This document shows positions 1-9,515 of a stretch of 56,992 nt of DNA, in pieces. Source of the DNA: Dehalococcoidia bacterium (GTDB lineage: Bacteria; Chloroflexota; Dehalococcoidia; Dehalococcoidales; JAUXAP01). Both the position numbers and the translations under genes were made by a program. The DNA is taken from positions 1-56,992 of the forward strand of contig JAUXAP010000004.1 of the NCBI GenBank assembly GCA_030619865.1, given 5' to 3'. The notes under the pieces were generated by a model. The model had not been told where the DNA came from. It saw only the letters and a program-made list of their open reading frames with translations, and made no database searches. The stretch's first letter is position 1; each line of letters begins with the position of its first letter.

Positions 1-489
1 AGCCAAATCAGCTTCATTCAGAGGAGTGGAATCGTTACTGCCATGGTCGGTTTACTAAATGCCCCTCGCGGCACCAAGCTATACCAGCGTCTGAAAAAAG
101 AGAACCGCTTATTAAAGGGTATTTCCGGTGATAATACTGACTGTTCTATCAATTTCATTCCCAAAATGAACCATGAAACACTCATTAATGGTTATAAGCA
201 TATCGTGCAAACAATTTATGCACCCAAGCAGTATTACGAACGGGTCAAAACATTTCTAAAAGAGTATAAGCCTCAAAAAAGAAAAGGGGCACCCCGGATT
301 CAATTTTATCACATCAGGGCATTCTTTAAGTCCATGTGGGTTTTGGGAGTCAAGGAAAAGGGGAGGAGGTATTATTGGAAGCTGTTCGTTTCGACATTAC
401 TGAAATATCCTCGGTCTTTTCCCTTATCCATAAGCCTCGCCGTCTATGGACTCCATTTCCGCAAGGTTGCTGAGAAACTTGGGGGATAA
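1..489 (+). CDS. B12-binding radical SAM protein, C-terminal DUF4070-type part (5' end outside window)
   Basis: Frame is open from base 1: SQISFIQRSGIVTAMVGLLNAPRGTKLYQRL...NFIPKM, typical of the C-terminus of this family. Confidence 0.75.
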   Translation, partial: SQISFIQRSGIVTAMVGLLNAPRGTKLYQRLKKENRLLKGISGDNTDCSINFIPKMNHETLINGYKHIVQTIYAPKQYYERVKTFLKEYKPQKRKGAPRIQFYHIRAFFKSMWVLGVKEKGRRYYWKLFVSTLLKYPRSFPLSISLAVYGLHFRKVAEKLGG

Positions 490-553
490 ACAAAAATAAC
501 GCCAAGGATATTTAGCTACCCCAGGCGTTAGTGCTAATCAGGAGAGCAACCAG

Positions 554-1555
554 ATGAGCCCGACGCGAAGATTATTATGGGGAGTATGTGTTCTTGCTAC
601 TATCATAGCCGCTGGTGTTATTGGTTATGTGGTTATTGAGGAGTGGTCATTTGTTGACGCCCTTTACATGACCATCATAACCATAACTACTGTAGGCTAT
701 GCCGAGGTCCATCCACTTACTACTGCCGGGCAGGTCTTTAGCATCTTTTTAATTGTAGGGGGTGTCAGCGGGGCATTATATATCTTGAGCATTATTGCCG
801 TGTATATAATAGAGGGTCAGCTGCGTACTACGCTAGGGAGGCGACGAATGGAAACAAAGATAACAAAACTAAAGAACCACTTCATTCTCTGTGGTTACGG
901 CCGAGTAGGGAGAGATATAGCCCGTGTCTTTGCCGAAGAGGATGTGCCCTTTGTGGTCATTGACAAGGATGAGGAAAGTATTGCCACTGCTGAGAAGAAT
1001 GGTCACCTCTACATTCAGGCTAATGCCACCAGTGACGAGGGGTTAAAAGAGGCCGGTATTGAGCGGGCACGTGGTCTGGTAGTTGCAGTTGGTGACGATG
1101 CCGATAGCGTCTATATAACACTCTCAGCTCGCGGACTGCACCCGGATTTGTTCATTGAGGCTCGTGCCTCTGGTAGCGAAGCTGAGACTAAGCTCAAGAA
1201 AGCTGGTGCTAACCGCATTATATCTCCATATAGCCTTGGGGCTCGCCGCATGGCAGAGCTAGCTCTACGCCCAGCAGTAGTTGACTTTATTGACACTGTA
1301 ATCCGCCGTCGCGGCCGAGAGCTGCAGATGGAAAATATAACCATAAAGCACGATTCAGCCTTAGTCGGTCTAACTATAGAAGAAACTCGCCACCGCACCA
1401 AAGCTGCTATCCTGGCAATAAGTAAGAAAAGCGGCAAACTGGTGGCTAACCCACCTCAAGAAGAAACTATTGAAGGCGGAGACCGATTGATTGCCCTGGG
1501 CACTAGAAAACAACTAGTAGCACTGGAAGAAATTTGCGAGAGGTGTGTCCGATGA
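554..1555 (+). CDS. Potassium channel with RCK (TrkA-N/TrkA-C) domains
   Basis: Two TM helices, filter-like TTVGYAE, Rossmann CGYGRVG, C-terminal TrkA-C. Confidence 0.9.
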   Translation: MSPTRRLLWGVCVLATIIAAGVIGYVVIEEWSFVDALYMTIITITTVGYAEVHPLTTAGQVFSIFLIVGGVSGALYILSIIAVYIIEGQLRTTLGRRRMETKITKLKNHFILCGYGRVGRDIARVFAEEDVPFVVIDKDEESIATAEKNGHLYIQANATSDEGLKEAGIERARGLVVAVGDDADSVYITLSARGLHPDLFIEARASGSEAETKLKKAGANRIISPYSLGARRMAELALRPAVVDFIDTVIRRRGRELQMENITIKHDSALVGLTIEETRHRTKAAILAISKKSGKLVANPPQEETIEGGDRLIALGTRKQLVALEEICERCVR

Positions 1556-2592
1556 ATAAAACCAAGGTGGGCATCATCAATGTTACCGGTTATGCCGGTG
1601 TCGAGCTGGCCCGACTATTGCACCAGCACCCACAGGTGGAGCTTACTTCAGTTACGGGACGGAGTGCTGCCGGGCAGAAGTTAGGCAAGGTTTTCCCCCA
1701 CCTAGCTGGCATAGACCTGACTATTGAAACTGAGCTAGACGAAGTTGATTTAGTCTTTTCGGCTATGCCCCATCAGGAGAGTGCTAAAGAGGTCATAACA
1801 TTACTCGACCGCGGTATTAAGGTGGTGGATATTAGTGCTGATTTCAGGCTGAAGGATGCCACGGAATACCAGAATTGGTATAGTTTTACTCACCCTGCGC
1901 CGCAACTGCTTAAGCAAGCAGTATATGGACTAACCGAACTATATCGGTCTCAGGTTGCCTCCGCCCGATTGGTGGCTAACCCTGGTTGTTATCCCACTGG
2001 GGCTATTCTGGCTTTAGCCCCGGTAGTCAAGGAAGGCCTAATTGAACCTGACATTATTATTGATAGCAAGTCTGGTGTATCCGGAGCCGGCAGAACCCTC
2101 AGCCTGCGAACGCATTTCTCAGAAGTTAATGAAGATGTTACTGCTTACGCCTTAGACGGTCATAGGCATTTACCTGAGATTGTCCAGGAGCTAAAGCTGC
2201 TTCGCCCTGAACAGCCGCTTTCGGTAACCTTTGTTCCCCATCTGATACCGATGACCAGAGGGATATTGACTACTTGCTATGCCCCCCTAGCTTCAGGCAA
2301 AGTCGCTGCTGGCAAGAAAGCGGCAGAAGAGCTAAGGCAGCTCTACTTGGACTTCTACAAGGATGAACCCTTCGTCAAAGTGGTAGAATCCCCTCCCCAC
2401 ACCAAACACACCTGGGGAAACAACCTGTGTCTTATTCACCCTACTATTGACCCCAGAACAGGGAGGCTAATCGTCATCAGTTGCCTTGATAATCTGGTTA
2501 AGGGAGCGGCCGGGCAAGCTGTACAGAACATGAACCTTATGCTCGGCCTGCCTGAGACTACTGGGCTTGAGGCATTGGCAATTTACCCTTGA
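1552..2592 (+). CDS. argC: N-acetyl-gamma-glutamyl-phosphate reductase
   Basis: TGYAGVEL, DISADFRL, VANPGCY, DNLVKGAAGQAVQNMN motifs; ATG at 1552 overlaps upstream stop. Confidence 0.97.
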   Translation: MNKTKVGIINVTGYAGVELARLLHQHPQVELTSVTGRSAAGQKLGKVFPHLAGIDLTIETELDEVDLVFSAMPHQESAKEVITLLDRGIKVVDISADFRLKDATEYQNWYSFTHPAPQLLKQAVYGLTELYRSQVASARLVANPGCYPTGAILALAPVVKEGLIEPDIIIDSKSGVSGAGRTLSLRTHFSEVNEDVTAYALDGHRHLPEIVQELKLLRPEQPLSVTFVPHLIPMTRGILTTCYAPLASGKVAAGKKAAEELRQLYLDFYKDEPFVKVVESPPHTKHTWGNNLCLIHPTIDPRTGRLIVISCLDNLVKGAAGQAVQNMNLMLGLPETTGLEALAIYP

Positions 2593-2603
2593 AATGAACT
2601 ACT

Positions 2604-3659
2604 TCAGGGCTTTTCTGGCTCAGCACCCTTAAGCAAAATATAATCAAACATTGTGCCCTTGGCTCCCCTGAGCTCCAGGCAGTCAACGATACCTGTATAT
2701 TTACCCCCTAATAACCCCTCACCAATGATGTATGCCCCCTCGGCAGCCTCCTTGGCTACCCTAGCCTTTCTCCCCACCTTTCGCACCTTTCCAAATTGGG
2801 AAAGCCTAGCCGTCAGGGTCTCGGCAATCTCCGGGATTCCGGAGAGCCGGCCCGAAAGCAAAATCTCTCTAGGCTTCTCCACACTAACCATCATCGCCGC
2901 TACTCCTTTGACTATGCTTTCCAAGAGCATATTCCAGGCTGCCTGATATTTATGATGCTCCTTAGCCAGCTCCTCGGGAGTTAAATCATCTTTGCCACTG
3001 GCATCCTTGGCACCACCGCTAAAGAGTACTATCCCGGGGAATTTCCCCAGGCGCACCGCTAGCTCAGAATCCATACTCCCCAGAGTGATGAAACCGGGAC
3101 CCCCTGAGGTCCCGCCTAAACCATCAACTATCTTCCCACCCTCAACACCGATTACCGCATTGAAGGCATAACCTACCTCCACCAGAATGAAAGAGGTCTC
3201 ACTATAGTCTATATCATAAAGCTCGGCCTGGTCCCTGATTGCTAAGGCGATACAACATACCTTATCAGCGGTGCCCATATCCATCTTGTTCGCTTTCCTA
3301 TAGGCAGGCACGGTTTGGAGGTGAATGACCCCGGGGGTGAAATAAACCGGGAAGCCTTCATCTTTCATCAATCTGATAACCATCCTGATGCCATCATATA
3401 ACGGAATACTCTTGTCATCAGGTACCATCAGGGTTAGTGCCCTTTCGGTCATATCTCTGATAGGGGTTACCGGTAGGCCATAACCAGAGGGGCCGACTAT
3501 CATATCCAACGGGAAGACACTTCTCACCGTATCCACCAGCACCTTGGGGTTTTGGGCAACATCAGGCACAGGCACAGAAGTATCCAGGATAATCTTTTCC
3601 CCATCCATACCAAAGAAATCGAAGCTTCCAGTCCCAGGGTCAATACCGATAACTCTCAT
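2604..3659 (-). CDS. DUF1464-family ASKHA (butyrate-kinase-like) protein
   Basis: N-terminal GIDPGT phosphate-1 motif, GPSGYG, NKMDMGTADK, KEAAEGA. Confidence 0.75.
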   Translation of the reverse strand: MRVIGIDPGTGSFDFFGMDGEKIILDTSVPVPDVAQNPKVLVDTVRSVFPLDMIVGPSGYGLPVTPIRDMTERALTLMVPDDKSIPLYDGIRMVIRLMKDEGFPVYFTPGVIHLQTVPAYRKANKMDMGTADKVCCIALAIRDQAELYDIDYSETSFILVEVGYAFNAVIGVEGGKIVDGLGGTSGGPGFITLGSMDSELAVRLGKFPGIVLFSGGAKDASGKDDLTPEELAKEHHKYQAAWNMLLESIVKGVAAMMVSVEKPREILLSGRLSGIPEIAETLTARLSQFGKVRKVGRKARVAKEAAEGAYIIGEGLLGGKYTGIVDCLELRGAKGTMFDYILLKGAEPEKP

Positions 3660-4697
3660 TTAACCCTCCTCCTTGCCGACTAATTTGAAACTCAAAGGGC
3701 AAACAGGGTCAGAAGCGAACCAGTCCCCGGTAAGGACAAAGGTTCTGGAGCGGCACCCTTTACAGTCTCCTAAATACTGGCAACTCTGACAATACCCAGT
3801 TCTGGTTTTCGGGTCTTTAAGCTGGGAGAGAAAGGGTGAGGAAGACACCTCGTCCCATATTTCACCAAGAGATTTCTCATTGACATTACCTAAAACCATC
3901 GGGGCAAAGCTACAAGGTTTAACATCACCATCAGCCTCAATGAAAAGATATTCACCAAAAATGCACGCTGTAGTAGAGGGAGTTACAATCCCGGTGCTCA
4001 CCGCTGGCATCTGGGCAGGAAGACCTCTCTCCTTCACTGTAGCCCAGAAGAATGGCTCATCGAAGAAGAACTCGACTCCTGTTTTCTGCGCCCCCTCACA
4101 GACAAGCTTGATAGTTTCCCCATATTCCTCAGGAGTGAGCAGCTCCTCAGCATAATTTTGACATGGCTTGAGTCCAATGAAAGTTATCTTTCCTACTCCA
4201 ATTGAAGCAGCTAACTCGAAAATGGCTGGTATTTCAGTATAGTTCCTCTTCAAAAGGGTGAAATTTATTGCCTCCAGAAGCCCTTCTCCGACACAATTAC
4301 GCGCTGCTTGAATCACCCTCTCAAAGTTGGCACCATTCCTTATCGCCTCATAGGTTGCTGGGGTGGCACCATCAATGCTTATCATTACCCTTACCCCCAA
4401 CTGTTTAAGGGTGGTAAGTATCTGGGGACTTAGCAACATACCGTTGGTAATTAGATGAGCCTCTAACTGCTTTCGCTGCATCACCTCTAATAACTCAAAT
4501 ATATCCTCCCGAAGAAGTGGTTCTCCTCCTTCAATGATAACCCAACTAGGTTCCAGTTCAGCTATCTCGGTTATAAGTTTTTTGGCTCTCTCGGTTGAGA
4601 GTTCCCCCTCAGGAAAGCCGCGACAGTGCCGGCAGCTCAGGTTACATTTTCCTGTTACCGCCCAATCTACAAAATAGGGAAATTGACTTTTATTCAA
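3660..4697 (-). CDS. Radical SAM/SPASM domain protein (PqqE/AhbD-like)
   Basis: CNLSCRHC, GGEPLLR, C-terminal CxxCxxxxxCxGC...DPVC SPASM cluster. Confidence 0.88.
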   Translation of the reverse strand: MNKSQFPYFVDWAVTGKCNLSCRHCRGFPEGELSTERAKKLITEIAELEPSWVIIEGGEPLLREDIFELLEVMQRKQLEAHLITNGMLLSPQILTTLKQLGVRVMISIDGATPATYEAIRNGANFERVIQAARNCVGEGLLEAINFTLLKRNYTEIPAIFELAASIGVGKITFIGLKPCQNYAEELLTPEEYGETIKLVCEGAQKTGVEFFFDEPFFWATVKERGLPAQMPAVSTGIVTPSTTACIFGEYLFIEADGDVKPCSFAPMVLGNVNEKSLGEIWDEVSSSPFLSQLKDPKTRTGYCQSCQYLGDCKGCRSRTFVLTGDWFASDPVCPLSFKLVGKEEG

Positions 4698-4798
4698 AGA
4701 ATACCCTCTTTCCTCAAAAAAGTATATCTGGTTACCAGAGGTAAAATCAAGCCAGCCTTTAGCTTAAAACTTGGTTCAGGGCCTGTTTGAGGTGTGGG

Positions 4799-5419
4799 CT
4801 AGCTGAAAAAGCGTAATATCACATCCCACCCCCAAACGGCAACCAGCAAGACTGAACCTACATAATTTAAGGTTCTGCCCAACCAGCAGGCAAGGACAAA
4901 CTTCCATAAGGGGAAGCGAAGGGCACCAGCAACCATCCCAGCTATATCAAAGAAGAACGGCACCATGGCATTAATAAAGATAGGTATAACTCCCCACCTC
5001 TTCATCCACCCCTCCATTCTTGAATATATTTTCCTGTTCTCTATAACACCACGACCACTGTAGCCCAACAGATAGCTGGTCATCTCCCCAATCCCTGCTC
5101 CTGCCCCACCAGCCAACCCCACAAAAATTGGACCAACTAACCCCGTAGCTGGATAGATAATAACACCTATAGCACAGAGTACCGGTAGAACTGTAATCGG
5201 CATAAGAATAGTAGCGTTCCCAATCATACTAAACAGAAAAGCACCCAAATAGCCGTAGTTTTTCAGCTCTTCAATCCTCGCTGGATCCCGCACAAAAAAG
5301 AAAAGACCAACACTGATAGCCACCACAAAAAGCACCGTTAGCAGGGGAGGGATGAGCTTTTTTGCCCGTTCTCTTTTACTCACCCCAACCTGTTTATTGT
5401 TGTTAATCATATTACTCAT
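4799..5419 (-). CDS. VTT/DedA (SNARE-associated, YqaA-like) membrane protein
   Basis: Hydrophobic; GAGIGEMTSYLLG and FDIAGMVAGALR motifs. Confidence 0.8.
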   Translation of the reverse strand: MSNMINNNKQVGVSKRERAKKLIPPLLTVLFVVAISVGLFFFVRDPARIEELKNYGYLGAFLFSMIGNATILMPITVLPVLCAIGVIIYPATGLVGPIFVGLAGGAGAGIGEMTSYLLGYSGRGVIENRKIYSRMEGWMKRWGVIPIFINAMVPFFFDIAGMVAGALRFPLWKFVLACWLGRTLNYVGSVLLVAVWGWDVILRFFS

Positions 5420-5465
5420 TATAGCGTTGCTGGCTAACTCTGTCTCTGTTATACTTTATTCGCGT

Positions 5466-5541
5466 GCCCCCATCGTCTAGAGGCCTAGGACACCGGCCTT
5501 TCAAGCCGGCAACACCGATTCGAATTCGGTTGGGGGCACCA
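5466..5541 (+). tRNA. tRNA-Glu(TTC)
   Basis: Cloverleaf; anticodon arm ccggc-ctTTCaa-gccgg; TTCGAAT T-loop; encoded CCA. Confidence 0.97.
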
Positions 5542-5556
5542 ATGATTTACTCTAAC

Positions 5557-6030
5557 TTAAAATTTGCCCTTTAGCTTCTTATACGTTTCAGCCAGGGCTT
5601 CATTAATTACCTTAGTATCAGAGAGCACCGGCATAAAATTAGTATCACCCTCCCATCGGGGCACAATGTGAGTATGAATATGCTTATCAATACCGGCTCC
5701 GGCTATTCTCCCCACATTCATTCCTATGTTAAAACCATCGGGGTTAAACACCTGCCTTAAAACCTTGACGCTTCGGCTAACTATTTCAATATGCTCGTGG
5801 AGCTCCTCATCAGTTAGCTCTTCCAGATTAGCTATGTGTCGGTAGGGGGCTATCATCAGGTGACCCGAGTTGTAGGGATAGCTATTCATAATGACGAAGT
5901 TTTTGTCTCCCCGATACAGGATATAGTTTGTAGCATCACTATTCTGCCCGGGTTTTTCACATAAAATACAGCCTTCCGGTTTCTCCATCTGGATATATTC
6001 TATACGCCATGGCGCCCAAATCTGCTTCAT
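5557..6030 (-). CDS. HIT family hydrolase (Ap4A hydrolase/phosphorylase type)
   Basis: WAPWR N-terminus, CILC, HIHTHIVPRW triad; AAGGAG before ATG 6030. Confidence 0.92.
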   Translation of the reverse strand: MKQIWAPWRIEYIQMEKPEGCILCEKPGQNSDATNYILYRGDKNFVIMNSYPYNSGHLMIAPYRHIANLEELTDEELHEHIEIVSRSVKVLRQVFNPDGFNIGMNVGRIAGAGIDKHIHTHIVPRWEGDTNFMPVLSDTKVINEALAETYKKLKGKF

Positions 6031-6161
6031 ATCATTCTCCTTACTGAGTAAGTTACTTATCACTATTTTAGACGGCTCCTTTCAGGAGGTCAAAGGGGGT
6101 AAAGCAATTTAGCTTGTTGTAAAATAGTTAACAATATGTCAATTGGTTGGTCAATAGGGAG

Positions 6162-6190
6162 TTGACAATAACTTGAGCAATCCGTAAAAT
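6162..6190 (+). promoter_or_regulatory. Sigma70-type promoter of the transposase remnant
   Basis: TTGACA-17-TAAAAT, then GGGAGG RBS and GTG at 6215. Confidence 0.7.
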
Positions 6191-6214
6191 TTACGTGACG
6201 GCTGGGAGGATAGC

Positions 6215-6451
6215 GTGAGCAGTGTGATAAAGAGAAGAAGGGACAAGCAGTTTGCCTCAACGTTGCTTGACCGTAGTCCGTCTGTGGAGAGGGTTTTTTG
6301 CAGAATGAAAAATCATAGGCGCCTCAACAATATTACTGTTAGGCGTCGTCGTAGGGTTACAGTTCATAGTCTGATTCCAGTGATTGTGACGCAGGCTATG
6401 GCCTTGGCATATCCTGATGCACCGAGAAACTGCATTCAACAAAATAGTTGA
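6215..6451 (+). pseudogene. Internally deleted DDE transposase (C-terminal catalytic-Glu helix retained)
   Basis: SVERVFCRMK matches the ExxFxxxK helix of IS4/IS5/IS1182-like transposases; only 78 aa, just inside the left TIR. Confidence 0.7.
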
Positions 6452-6489
6452 CAAAATGACAATAATAGTATATAAGTAAAGTAACAGAA

Positions 6490-6561
6490 TAAGAAGAAAA
6501 CCGCTTTCCAGAGCGGTTTCCGGTTTGCCATCTATAAGGTGTGTTATATTATGCGCTTACT
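6490..6561 (-). ncRNA. Predicted ~70-nt antisense RNA to the TA operon leader
   Basis: Minus-strand TTGACA(6596-6591)-17-TACTAT(6573-6568) promoter and downstream hairpin aaaccgct/agcggttt (6498-6519) followed by a U-rich tail on the minus strand. Confidence 0.5.
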
Positions 6562-6631
6562 AATAATATAGTACACCCTGGGTGGCGTTTTGTCAAGTCC
6601 CCCGCCTACCCGTGGGTGGGGAGGCGTACAG

Positions 6632-7153
6632 ATGGCCGACATAGACTTTATGTTTAATCGAGCAAAAGCTATTGAGGTGATACTATATCTAGCTAGTAAG
6701 GTGTCAAATTCTGATATCTATGGTATTTGCAAATTACTCTATTTGGTAGATAAGACTAACCTTGAAAAGTACGGACGATTTATTTTTGGCGAATCATACG
6801 TTGCTATGCAGGAGGGTGCTACGCCATCAAATGCCTATGATTTATTAAAGGAGGCAAGTGAATCATCCGTAACTGGCTTAAGCGTTGATACGAATCAAGT
6901 CGTCGCCTTACGTGAGGCGAACTTAGATTATTTAAGTGAATCTGACGTAGAGTGTTTAGACCAGATTATCAGCATATATGGTAAAGCACCTAATTGGGTT
7001 AGAAGAAGAGATACCCATGATGATGCTTGGAAGAAAGCTTGGGCGAGTAGAGGAAATATGGGAAGTGTCAGAATCCCAGTTGAGAGTATCGCAAAACTTC
7101 TTTCTGACTCAGATGATATTATTAGTCACCTGTCTAACTCAGATGACGGATAG
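6632..7153 (+). CDS. Panacea-domain (DUF4065/SocA-like) antitoxin
   Basis: KAIEVILYL, KLLYLVDK..LEKYGRFIFGESYVAMQEGATPS..YD, THDDAW; GGAGG before ATG 6632. Confidence 0.85.
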   Translation: MADIDFMFNRAKAIEVILYLASKVSNSDIYGICKLLYLVDKTNLEKYGRFIFGESYVAMQEGATPSNAYDLLKEASESSVTGLSVDTNQVVALREANLDYLSESDVECLDQIISIYGKAPNWVRRRDTHDDAWKKAWASRGNMGSVRIPVESIAKLLSDSDDIISHLSNSDDG

Positions 7154-7158
7154 ATATC

Positions 7159-7527
7159 ATGCCGGATGTATGGCATTTTTTCCATGTCAAGAATTGTCCT
7201 CATACGAATCCCCCCAAAGATAAATTTACTGTTATTGTTTGTAAAGACTCAGAGTGCATGGGTTTCTTCGTAAATTCACATATCAATAAGTTTATCCAAA
7301 AAAGACCCAGTATGCTAGCATGTCAGGTCGCAGTAAAAGCATCAGATTATTGGTTCTTGTCCAGTGACTCATATCTAGATTGTAGCCAACTATACCCTTT
7401 TGACGATATTCTATTGGTAGATGGGCGTGGCTCCGTTACCGAACAAACAAAAGCTCAAATTAAACAAGTAGTACTTAATGCCAAGACAATTGAGAAACGC
7501 TACCAGAAGTTAATTTCTGAAGGGTAA
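7159..7527 (+). CDS. Putative toxin partner of Panacea antitoxin (possibly PemK/MazF-like fold)
   Basis: 122 aa, 5 bp after the antitoxin stop, inside the same element; PPKDKFTVIV, FFVNS, FL..DSYLDC pattern. Confidence 0.55.
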   Translation: MPDVWHFFHVKNCPHTNPPKDKFTVIVCKDSECMGFFVNSHINKFIQKRPSMLACQVAVKASDYWFLSSDSYLDCSQLYPFDDILLVDGRGSVTEQTKAQIKQVVLNAKTIEKRYQKLISEG

Positions 7528-7673
7528 GCTAACTTGAGCAACTTTATTGGTTATCGGGTGCATTTCGCAACAAGCTAAATTGTAAAAAAACAGCTATCCT
7601 CTATAGTTACATTAGCTATGAAATTTGACCTGTTACAATTGAACAGTAGCAATGAGCAGCCTAGAGAAACAAA

Positions 7674-9515
7674 TTGACCCATCTCAATGACATACTGCAT
7701 AAGGTTACCAAGCCCGCTCGCTATACCGGTGGCGAGTGGAATAGCGTTGTCAAAGATTGGGACAAAACCCCTATCAAGATAGCCCTTGCCTACCCTGATT
7801 TATATGAAATAGGCATGTCTAACATGGCTTTGCCTATCCTCTACGACCTACTTAATAGCCAGCCGGATGTTCTGGCCGAAAGGGTCTACGCCCCGTGGGT
7901 AGATATGGAAGCAGTAACGCGCTCAGAAGGTATCCCCCTGTTTAGCCTTGAATCCAAGCACCCACTAAAGGATTTTGATATTATCGGTTTCTCCCTAGGC
8001 TATGAACTCACCTATACCAATGTATTGAATATGCTTGACCTAGCTCAAATACCAGTCCTAGCCTCAGAGAGGAATGATTCCCACCCAGTAGTAATAGCCG
8101 GCGGTAGCTGCGCACTCAACCCTGAGCCTATGGCCGACTTTATTGACTTTTTCGCAATTGGGGACGGAGAAGAAGTGCTGCTTGAGTTACTTGATAGCTT
8201 CCGAGATTGGAAAAGACAGGGCAAGGAAGCCTCCAAAAAACAACTATTGCACCAAGTGGCTACTATCCCTGGCATCTATGTACCTAGCCTATATCAAGTG
8301 GAATACCAAGCCAACGGTTTATTTAAAAGCATTGCCCCCACTGTGACTCAAGCTCAACCTAGCATTCAACGGCGACTGGTGACCAAGCTGCCTCCTCCGG
8401 TCACTAAACCAGTAGTTCCTTACATTGAGGTAATTCACGACCGTGGGGCAATAGAGATTCAGCGGGGTTGTGGCCGTGGCTGCCGTTTCTGCCAGGCAGG
8501 GACTATATATCGCCCGGTGCGCGAGCGCCCTCAGCCGGAAGTGCTTCAAGCAGTAGCAGAGCTTATTAATAACTGCGGTTACAATGAGATATCTTTAGTT
8601 TCATTAAGCACCAGTGACTACCCTGAAATTGACAAGCTGGTAGCTAGCTTATTCCACCGTTATCAAAACTATAATCTTGTCCTATCACTGCCCAGCCTCC
8701 GCATTGATAGCTCCTCAGTAAAATTGGTGGACTCTCTTCCCTCCCACAGGAAGACAGGGCTCACCTTCGCTCCGGAAGCAGGAAGCGAGAGACTACGACG
8801 AATCATAAATAAGAACACCCATGAAGATGAAATCCTAGAAACGACTGCCACCGCGTTTGATAGGGGTTGGACAAGCCTCAAGCTATATTTCATGCTCGGC
8901 TTGCCCACAGAAACCATTGACGATATAGGGGACATCGTTCAACTAGTAAACAAGATTCGCTCATTGGGCAGAAAAGCTAAAGGGCGAAGACCCCAGCTAA
9001 GAATCAGCCTATCCACCTTTGTCCCTAAACCGCATACGCCCTTTCAGTGGGTAGCCCAAGAAAGTGAACAAGGGTTAAGCTCTAAACATGAACTCCTTAA
9101 GCAGGGGTTGCGCCAAAAAGGGATAAGGCTATCCTGGCAAGACCCTAAGGTCAGCCTGCTTGAGGCAGCATTATCACGAGGAGATAGGCGGTTAGGTAAG
9201 GTTATCTATCGGGCCTGGGAGCTGGGCTGCACCTTTGATGCCTGGAATGAACACTTTAACTACGAAAACTGGTCTCGCGCTTTTGAAGAGGCCGGTCTTG
9301 AACCCGGCTTCTATGCCCAACGGGAACGCTCCCTAGACGAACTCCTCCCCTGGGCTCATATTGATGTGGGGGTAACTTCTGCTTTCCTGCAGCGAGAATA
9401 TCAGCGTGCTTTAGAGGGTAAAGAAACCCTTGACTGCCGTCATCAAGCTTGTAATGTCTGCGGACTGGAACACTGGCAACCAGATTGTCAACAAAAGCAT
9501 CGGAGACTCAGCTAA
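7674..9515 (+). CDS. B12-binding radical SAM protein (TIGR03960-like)
   Basis: [40 protein letters not shown]. Confidence 0.9.
   Translation: MTHLNDILHKVTKPARYTGGEWNSVVKDWDKTPIKIALAYPDLYEIGMSNMALPILYDLLNSQPDVLAERVYAPWVDMEAVTRSEGIPLFSLESKHPLKDFDIIGFSLGYELTYTNVLNMLDLAQIPVLASERNDSHPVVIAGGSCALNPEPMADFIDFFAIGDGEEVLLELLDSFRDWKRQGKEASKKQLLHQVATIPGIYVPSLYQVEYQANGLFKSIAPTVTQAQPSIQRRLVTKLPPPVTKPVVPYIEVIHDRGAIEIQRGCGRGCRFCQAGTIYRPVRERPQPEVLQAVAELINNCGYNEISLVSLSTSDYPEIDKLVASLFHRYQNYNLVLSLPSLRIDSSSVKLVDSLPSHRKTGLTFAPEAGSERLRRIINKNTHEDEILETTATAFDRGWTSLKLYFMLGLPTETIDDIGDIVQLVNKIRSLGRKAKGRRPQLRISLSTFVPKPHTPFQWVAQESEQGLSSKHELLKQGLRQKGIRLSWQDPKVSLLEAALSRGDRRLGKVIYRAWELGCTFDAWNEHFNYENWSRAFEEAGLEPGFYAQRERSLDELLPWAHIDVGVTSAFLQREYQRALEGKETLDCRHQACNVCGLEHWQPDCQQKHRRLS

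Larger units (their letters stand above)
6111..7576. mobile_element. Non-autonomous IS4-superfamily-like element with terminal inverted repeats carrying a toxin-antitoxin passenger
   Basis: Left end agcttgttgtaaaat (6111-6125) and right end atttcgcaacaagct (7562-7576) are 13/15 inverted repeats; joined flanks give the palindrome caattt|aaattg; transposase remnant inside. Confidence 0.8.

Noticed and set aside
512-537. CIRCE-like ttagctacc-N8-tagtgctaa upstream of the K+ channel
   Set aside because: Spacer is 8 rather than 9 and the left arm has several mismatches; it overlaps a probable terminator stem
6538-6560. Resemblance of tatattatgcgc to a XerC/dif half-site
   Set aside because: No matching XerD arm at the right spacing; better explained as a hairpin arm; the locus is near the origin, not the terminus
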